Positions 55,035-64,000 of a stretch of 64,000 nt of DNA are shown here, in pieces. The notes beneath the pieces were generated by a model. It made no database searches and was not told the origin of the DNA. It saw only the letters and a program-made list of their open reading frames with translations. The position numbers were made by a program, and so were the translations under genes. The stretch is from Adineta vaga (lineage: Eukaryota > Animalia > Rotifera): positions 15,376,001 through 15,440,000 of the forward strand of contig CP075492.1 in the NCBI GenBank assembly GCA_021613535.1, in the 5' to 3' direction. Every line of letters begins with the position of its first letter. The first letter of the stretch is position 1.

Positions 55035-55963
55035 GAATCCACCACAACAACAACAACAATAACAGAATCCACCACAACAACAAAGAGTACTACGGCAACA
55101 GAATCCACCACATCAACTGAATCCACAACAACAACAACAACAACAACAACAACAGAAGCCACCACACACAACAACAACAATAACAGAATCCACCCACAAC
55201 AACAAAGAGTACTACGGCAACAGAATCCACCACATCAACTGAATCCACAACGACAACAACAACAACAACAGAATCCACCACAACAACAAAGAGTACTACG
55301 GCAACAGAATCCACCACATCAACTGAATCCACAACAACAACAACAACAACAACAACAGAATCCACAACGACAACAACAACAACAACAGAATCCACCACAA
55401 CAACAAAGAGTACTACGGCAACAGAATCCACCACATCAACTGAATCTACAACAACAACAACAGAATCCACAACAACAACAACAACAATAACAGAATCCAT
55501 CACAATAACAAAGAGTAGTACGGCAACAGAATCCACCATAATAGAGTCCACCACATCAACTGAATCCACAACAATAACAACAGAATCCACTATATCAACT
55601 GACACCACCTTAACAACGAATAGTATTACGAAGACAGAGAGTTATATGATAAGTGAATCCATCGTAACTACATCGAGTACTGCAAGAATAGAGTCAACAC
55701 TGCGCTATAAAAAGCATCGCAAGAACAGAAAGCATAACAAGAAACGAAGGAACCACAATAACAGCAGAGAGTATTACAACAACCTAATCCTCCACAACTA
55801 CGACAGAGAATACTACAACTATTTAATTCAGCACAACTACAACCTAGAGTATTACGACAATCTAATGTTGCAGAACTACAATAGAGAGTATTACAAAGAC
55901 CCAATTCCTCGCAAACACAACAATAGAAGGCGCCACAACAACAGAGAGGATTGTAACGACTGA
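52563..55963 (+). CDS. Secreted mucin-like protein: signal peptide, furin-like RTRR site, novel N-terminal domain, long Thr/Glu/Ser repeat, basic Asn/Tyr tail
   Basis: Six short exons from ATG 52563, then a large exon from 53967 encoding TESTT repeats. Indels at ~54400 and ~55165-55195 interrupt the frame as written. Confidence 0.65.
54020..55600 (+). repeat. Coding tandem repeat (ACA-rich; unit ~KSTTATESTTSTESTTTTTTTTESTTTT)
   Basis: AAGAGTACTACGGCAACAGAATCCACCACATCAACTGAATCCACA recurs many times, separated by variable (ACA)n. Confidence 0.95.
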
Positions 55964-58200
55964 ATCAATAATTACTCCAACTAGAAGCGCAGTGGAATCG
56001 ATACAGACAGATTATTGTGTATTAAAATATTAGGCAATATAAGTTAATTATCCTTGTAGATTTATCCTGAAAGTCTTATATGGAGATTGCAACATTTATC
56101 TGTTGTGGAATGAAGTGGATTTCATCCGCTGAATTTCGTGATTCATATCAGTCAATTGAATGCATGCATATGATAAATTAGGTGAGAATGACCTACGATT
56201 AGTCGTTTTGTTTTTTATTTTCAGTAAGCTGCATGTATCGAAGTGCACGAAAATTTTGATGGTACATTTTGAGCACTATTAGTTACTGCTGAAACTGCCA
56301 TGAATATTGATGAGGCAACTGCTGTTCGATCATTGTCAACAACTAATGTTTAAGCACTAATACAAATGCGTAACGGGTCGCTACTTGCAAAATCCTTGTA
56401 AAAGAACATTTCGGTTTACTTAGCGAAGTTGCCTATAAGATGAACAATAAAATATTGAAATTCCAAATTTGAATATTTTGTTTGTTTAGTTTTTTTTCTG
56501 CATGCCGAGTAAATGAAAATCAGTAGTCCTTGTCAGCAGTAACATCTTTTCACGTTTTATATGTTTCAAATACATTGTAAAGATTTGTGCTATACGGTGT
56601 TTATTTGTAATTCCATTAGATCAAATGGAAATATGATGTAAAATATTTTCGTTCGAAACTTTGAATAAACCATTTTTATTTTGATTTAAATTCACTCAAA
56701 TATTGTGTACACATTTTTGAAAACATGTTGCTTCTAAAATATTCAATTATGCTGTATTCAAAATCTCTGCCGGTGTTTGGATTTTCTCATGCAGATGTCG
56801 ATGAGTTATACGTGACTTGATGAAGTTATTCGTTATACACATTGTTACTTTTCTATTCTTCTCTTCAGTTTGATATATTTTCAATGGAAAACGAAAGTCC
56901 TATATGGATGTTCTTGATTTGAATGATTTACAGATTGAGGATTCAATTAATCTTGATACATTGAATTAATTTATTCTTTTGATGTATGTGCTGTTGCATG
57001 GTTCATAGTAGAGAATGCTGATGGTGGTTCATTGCCTGCAATATCTGGTAAAATACGTTTTTGTTTATATCAAATTGAGTTAGTTTGTCTATTGTTTATT
57101 CTCCACTACAGAATTTATGATTGTATGCTTCATCACGAAAATGAATATGAACAGAAAACTGGATAATCAAAAGCAATTCTGAGTAAATATTTGCTTGAAA
57201 TTGAATCTTCGAGAATCGATTGACATACATATAAGTTTTATAGAATTGAACTCTATAGTTTTCTCTTGATCTGATGTAAACAAACTTCATTTGTTGAGAT
57301 ATTGTAAAGAATTCTAGTAAAAAACGTATTATTAATCAAGATGTAAATTTGTATCTTCATTTTTTGCATCTAGAATGTAGAATGTTATTGAAAAACAAAA
57401 TTTTTGTTTTGTTCGTCGATTATTTGGTACTGCTGTAGGTTGTGAACAGATATTAATATGTGGAACAAAATGAAAAGTTGCGATAAAAAACAAAGAGATG
57501 TGAAACTTGTCGCACATTTTACATCTTAATCTTATGTAGTAGTACTTGAACGTTATAACAGTTTTATAACAAATATGAATCACGTTGATTTAATGCTCGA
57601 TTCACATAAAAAACAAGCAGAACAATAACATAATGCAATCTGTAAGTTCAATTGTATTGCTGTTGATACGTTATTTGATATATCACTCGTTTTCTTTCAA
57701 GACAAAATCTTCTACTTCATAGACAATCTGATGATGAAGAAGAATGTAGATATCAAAAAGAAAAGAAAAACTTTGATTATAGAATAAGTTTCTATTCTTT
57801 GTTACTATTCTAGTGTTAAACAAAATAAACGAATTGATATTCATATCAATCGCAGTAGATTTCACATTGGATATAATCTTGATGATGGATATCGTATTAG
57901 ATTCTTATACACATGTTGAAAATCTTTAATTTATGGATGGTATCCTTGCTATCCTAAGACAATTCTTCTTGAAAACAAACTTCAGAAAATACATCTCGAA
58001 TTGACATAATGTTTAGAAAAAACTAATATCTCTGATCAACAAAGACGAATTTTTTTATTATTTCAATTTAATTTTCATTTGTACATAGAATTTATTCGGT
58101 ATACACTAAAGCAATATATGTATTTATAATAGAAAATAAAATAAAAGACATTTAGATCAATGATTTATTTATCGATCTAGAATCTATCAGCGTATGAGAT

Positions 58201-58468
58201 TCATTTGTTCCTGTTTCGATACATATGACGTTTAGTTACGTCAATCCTAATGAGAAAATCTTCGAACAGATGACGTTTTTTTCTCCATTTTCTTCTAAAG
58301 AATAATAAATAATCAATTGATGTCAGACACAATTAGTAATTCTCAATCCGTCGGTATTTCATTCAAATATAATCAAAGATCTGATGTCGACGACCGTTGA
58401 TTTTCTTTCTTTTTTTCCTACTAGATAATGGAGAAAATATTCCATATGATGGAATGAGTTATATATTT
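58201..58468 (+). pseudogene. Internally deleted duplicate of the promoter and 5' end of the 59346 gene
   Basis: 58201-58285 resembles 59077-59158; 58384-58420 resembles 59346-59382; 58422-58468 resembles 60061-60107. Confidence 0.8.
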
Positions 58469-59345
58469 ATCATACATGTAGAAGTCGAAAAGACGTTTCA
58501 ACTATTCAACTTCTTACCTCAAGTTTTAAACTTCTAAAACTTTCTGTTTAGAATTCGAATACTCGAATCGTATTAATGGTTCAACTATTGATCTTCATAT
58601 TTTAGCATTGACAATGAGAATAACTAGTAGTCAGAACAATTACTATTCGCAATAAATATATTTTCATTATTTTATAATCATATCAAAGTAAAAGAAACAG
58701 ACTATGTTTTTAGAGATTGAAACTTCAACATGATAAAGAATTGTACAAGAATATGATGCATCGAAAAAAGAAATAGGAATATCGGATCAAAACCGCACGC
58801 GCACGGCAAGAAATTTGCGCTATTGCAGAATAAATTGAGATTATAATACTTTTCTAAGTATTCTTATACTGATCTATCAATGTTACTTGACTGAAAGAAA
58901 TGAACTGTAAAATAAGAGAATTTCGAAACAAGTATTTGAGAACTGATGTAATTGAACACAAAATTTGGTTATCTTAACAATTGAGAATAGCTAAGGTCTA
59001 ATGAAAGATATTCATGAGATGATGATAACAGTTTTTTTCTATGCCGATCGTGCGTGTATGAATAAAACTGTAAGTTTCATTTGTTCCTGTTTGATTGAAA
59101 TGACGTTTAGTTGCATCAACATAGAATAAAAATGTTGCAGCAGATGACGTTTTTTCTCATGTGATTTTCTTTGAAACAAAACCAACACCTTAGAATCATC
59201 TGTCATTTTATTTTACAAGAATATTAAATCGTTCATTGACGTCAAACAATTAAATTTAAGTTCATATGCTTGATAAAAATATACTAAACAGTTTCATTTT
59301 GTTCTCAATAAGTCTCTTTTCTTTCATTTATTTTGAAATCATCAG

Positions 59346-62300
59346 ATGTCGACGACCGTTGATTTCCTTTCTTTTTTTACTATTTTTAAAGCTCAATTCA
59401 TTCGATTGAATCTCTTTCGAAGTGGTATCGAAGATGAAATTGTTATACAACGTGAACGACGCTCAACGCGTCTTTATTTATTTCTATTCATTACATCATT
59501 AACAATTCTTGTCTTTTATTATTCTATTACACGTTCAACACAAACAATTCTCATCAAAACACCTTCATTTGAAGAATATTCTCTTCGATCAAAAACAATT
59601 TCATTACAATGTCCTTGTCAGACAATTGCAATCAAATACGGATTTTTTCTTGAAATTAAACCTATTTATCATGGGTTATGTCAAAGTGATTTGATTTCGA
59701 ATGAATTTATTCATGATTTGTATAAATTTTATGAACAAACTTGGAATAATTCAATTCCAACAGATTTCTATCGAATTGGTGTATTTCAATTTCAAACTCT
59801 TCGTACATTTTGTCAATTAACACAACAAACAATTGAATATAATCTTGAAAAATTCTTTCAAACAGAATACGTTCAATCATATTTGATTTCTTCGAAATTC
59901 TTTCAAAGTCAAATATCTGATCATTTCAATGATTTCATTGTTCTAACACCTAAAACATTTCTAAGAACATTGAATTTCATTCAAAATATCACTGCACAAA
60001 ATTTATTAATGACAGGTGCTTCATTAACAAGTCTTTTACCAAGAAACCAATATGAATTATTAGAGAATGGAGAAAGTATTCCATATGATGGAATGAGTTA
60101 TACATTTCTTGATGGATCAAATTGTGTTTGTTCACCTTCGACAGCAACAAACTGTATGGGTTTATCAACTTTGAACCAGGAAATTGTTCATGGTTTTCAA
60201 ACAGGTTGTTATATGATCAATGCTCTTCTCAAATCGACACTTGAAGTCTTTTATAATCAAACATTTATTAATATTCTTATGAATTCAACGGATAAATATC
60301 AAAAATTAAATCATTCTCCAATATCAAATTTAACAATTGAAAGATTACTTAGTCAAATGTTTGTTATTCAATGGTCAAATGAAACTTTTTTTCAACGATA
60401 TTTCAATCATTGTATGCCGAAACTATGTCAATATACAACCAATCAACAGCATAATTTATTGGTTATATTGATAACATTAATTGGTTTAGCTGGAGGATTA
60501 TCAACAGTCTTAAAAATCATTTCACCATTTATTATTATAACCATATGGCCAATGATATGGACGTTTCTTTCCGAACGAAAAACACCCATTGCACAGCGTG
60601 ATGATAAAAATAGCAATACAGGTAAATAAAGATCTCACTGTACTAATCATTGTTTTTCGATCTCTTTTCTTTCAGATTTTTCTTTGAATAATTTTCTAAA
60701 AAAATCAATTCTCTTAATAAAACAACAATTCATTCAATTTAATCTATTCCAAAAACTTCCTCGGTCAAACAATGAACAAACTCTTCAATTAGAACGTTAT
60801 ACAACACGAATCTATATCATTATTTTAGTTCTAACTTTATTTATTCTAACTATTTTTACATCGAGTCAATCAGAAACTATACAAATGAAAATCAAACATC
60901 CATCCATAGACACTTTTCATGGACTTTACAAAAAATATTCTTTAACACTTCATTGTTCTTGTAAACAAGCAACCATCGATCATCAATTAATTGTCTCTTT
61001 ACTTCCACAATATCACACCATTTGTGCAAGTGAATTTCTTTCATCCGAATGGATAAATATGAAATATCTTCAATCATCATCAATTCTCACACGTGATTAT
61101 CGTTATCAATCGCAATTCTATTTTCAATTTCTCTCAACATTATGTTCAATGGCTAAACAAACAATTGAGGAATCTTTGAAATTATTCTATCAAACAAAAT
61201 TTATTAGTAATCAATTGTATCCTCGAGAAATCTTTCAAATTCAAATCAATTTAATTCTTGAACAATTTCAACGAACAATTCCGGAAACATATCAACGTCT
61301 TCTTATTCTATTAAAAGCCAACTTAGAAACGAATCAATTCATAACATCAATGAATTCTTGGTTTTTATATGATAAAACAGATTCAAATGGAAATTATATT
61401 CTTGATTTAACAAATTTTATTTATCAATCGAAAGAAAAATCAAATTGTAAACAAGAATCGATCGATTTTTTTCAAGGTTGTACTTGTTTTCCTTTAGCAT
61501 TTGATGAATGTTATCGACAAGTAATTATTAAAGAAAACAATCGCATAGAAATTATTCCCGGAATGTATCAAACATGGTTTCCATTTCAATCATTAATGAT
61601 GTCAACATTTGAATGTTTCTATAATCAAACATGTCTTTCTCTAATCAAACAATATATTCCATCAAATGTTTCCCTAAATAAGTTTAATATATTAACATCA
61701 TCATCATCAATTGAAAATCAAACATTTGATCGAATAGAATCCTTAGCCAATCAACTTTTTCTTCAATCATGGATTAATCAAAGTTCGTATGAAGCTTATT
61801 TTAATCATTGTCAACCAGTAACATGTGAATATTTCTATCGAAGAAAATATCAAATTATTTATATTGTTACCATCGTTATTGGTTTAGTAGGTGGTATACA
61901 GATTTCTCTTCGATTATTTCTACCATATATTGTTTTAATTACTATACGAACACGAAATTTAATGTTCTACAGCGAAAAAACTAATATCAACGAGACGAAA
62001 ACTCGAAGAAAACGTAAGTCGTTGGTACGAGTCATAGTTTTGGATATAGTTGTCAGCATAGCCATTTTTAGGATTAGAATATAGAATTCATATAGTCTCT
62101 TTGAGATTGTAGCCTGTATGTAGTAGGGTTTCACAGGTCATGTTGAGTTATGTAATATTTGTTTTAGGATTATATGAGAATGTTTGTTCTCTTATTGTTA
62201 ACATAAAACAATATGTTGTGAAATTAAATCTATTTATTAGTATTCCATTAACAAATGATGCCGATATTCTACATCGAAATCGGTATAAAACACGAATATA

Positions 62301-64000
62301 TTTGATTTTATTACTAACTGCATGGTTTATTCTTATTCTTTATGCATCATTCGAACAAGAAACAAAGATAATTAGTATTGAATCACCATCAGTATCAATC
62401 TATGATAAATTATTTTCGAAATATCATGTAACACTTCATTGTCCATGCACTCAATCAACTATAAAATATGAGAGATTTATTTCTCAATTCGAACCTATTT
62501 ATCATGGAATTTGTTCAAGTGATTTTATTTCATTAAAATGGCTTGAAAGTATTGAAGATCCCGAAGGTTTATATGCTGATATGATCTATGGTGTTGATTT
62601 TCGTTCGATTATTCGTTTGCAATTTCAAATCTTATCACATTTTTGTACGCTTTCAAAAAATACATTGAATACATCATTAATTCTATTTAAACAAACAGAT
62701 TTTCTCACGAGAAATATTATTTCTCGAAAAGAATTTTCTATTCGTATTCAAACAATCATTGATCAATTCAAACGACAAACAGCAAATCGATTTATTGAAA
62801 TAATGAAATTAATACAATTGATTAATCATGGAAATCAATTCGCCACAATATTTTCATCAAATTGGAAATTTATTTCGAAATATTCATTTGATTACGTTGA
62901 TCTATTTCTTGATGAACCTATTCATCTCCTAGCAAAATCACAAACCTATGGTAATGATAATTGTTCATGTGGATTACAATCAAATTGTAGTAAATTATCC
63001 GATTTTCCATTTCGATCATCGAATATTTCTCTTAGACAAACTTTACCTGGTTTTCGTGTTGGTTGTTTTCTTCTTGATTCAATGCTTCAATCAAATCTTA
63101 TTTGTCTTTACAATCAAACATGTGTCGATATGATGCGAGCATCTATTTATTATACCAAACCTTTTCCTGTTGATGCTTTAAATGATACTTTATTATCCAT
63201 GGCAAATATAACAATTGAAACAATTCTTAGTCAACTTTTTGTTATTAAATGGTTAGAAAATATTTCATTTGATCGTTATTTTAATCAATGTCATCCTCAT
63301 TCATGTGAATATTCATATGTAAAACAACGTAATTTAATCTATATTGTTACAACATTAATTGGTCTTTTTGGTGGCTTGACAAAAGGATTATATTTTTCTG
63401 TTTATTATTTAGAATCATTAATATATACAGTTATTAATCATCGAAAAAAGAAGAACAAACAATTAGATATTCCAGTTGTTCATCAAGAAGATATTCATAT
63501 TGAACCAGTGACAACGACAACAACAATACAGGTAAATCTATTCGATTATTTCTAAAGTTGTTCGATTTGTTTTCTTTAGACAAATATGAATTTTGTTGGC
63601 GAACAAGAAATATTGTAAGTAGAACATAGTTTATCGAATTTTTCATCGTCTTCATGTTTAAGATCAATAAGACAAAGATATCGATATCGAATTTTTCTAA
63701 TTTGTTTGATTATTTTGTCAATCATTGCTATTATTACAGTTACGATTGTTTTGATGATCAATCGAAAAATACAACAAGATTTCATTCCATTAATCACATC
63801 CTCAACAATTGTAATGATGAATAGTACAACAACGGAAACATCTTTACAACCCATAGGTAAATTTAGTTAATAAGAATAATCAATAGTGATTCATATTTGT
63901 TTTAGATACATGTTATATGAGTTTGAAATATCAAACGGAAATATATCGAATAGGTCTTCATCCAATATCGTTTATCATTGGTGATTTTAATCAAGATTTA
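59346..64000 (+). CDS. Large membrane protein with three tandem TM-Cys-rich ectodomain-TM modules, followed past an in-frame TAA by another TM and an FG-GAP/VCBS-like repeat (runs off the window)
   Basis: Introns 60622-60675, 62014-62167 and 63532-63579 join the three ORFs in frame. TAA at 63616. The last exon encodes GLHPISFIIGDFNQD. Confidence 0.82.

Noticed and set aside
53957-55608. Long Val-rich and Cys/Ser-rich minus-strand ORFs and the Gln-rich plus-strand ORF 53844-54374
   Set aside because: These are antisense or alternative-frame shadows of the ACA-rich mucin repeat.

Overview
Eukaryotic, AT-rich genomic DNA with many short (~45-130 nt) GT-AG introns. The gene families present (expanded divergent rhodopsin-like GPCRs, R-S-E ADP-ribosyltransferases, LDLa/EGF-GPCRs, F-box/LRR genes, bacterial-like C14 caspase and other candidate foreign genes) point to a bdelloid rotifer (Adineta/Rotaria-like). 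That assignment is inference. The window holds about 25 genes or gene relics, and many are missed or split by the ORF track because of introns. It looks like a fast-turnover accessory region enriched in sensing, secreted and defence-type genes, with several pseudogenes (TRAF-MATH, LDLa-EGF-GPCR, F-box-LRR, VWA). The most notable features are: (1) one spliced gene encoding three tandem 2-TM/Cys-rich ectodomain modules, which looks like a naturally concatenated trimeric channel; (2) an ADP-ribosyltransferase spliced to nine tandem 34-aa C4 zinc-ribbon repeats; (3) a micro-exon gene with 12-13 symmetric 24/27-nt exons; (4) a mucin whose C-terminal tail appears to be the repeat read in a shifted frame. 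No rRNA, tRNA or CRISPR array was recognised. Exon boundaries were read by eye. Some single-base frameshifts may be assembly errors.
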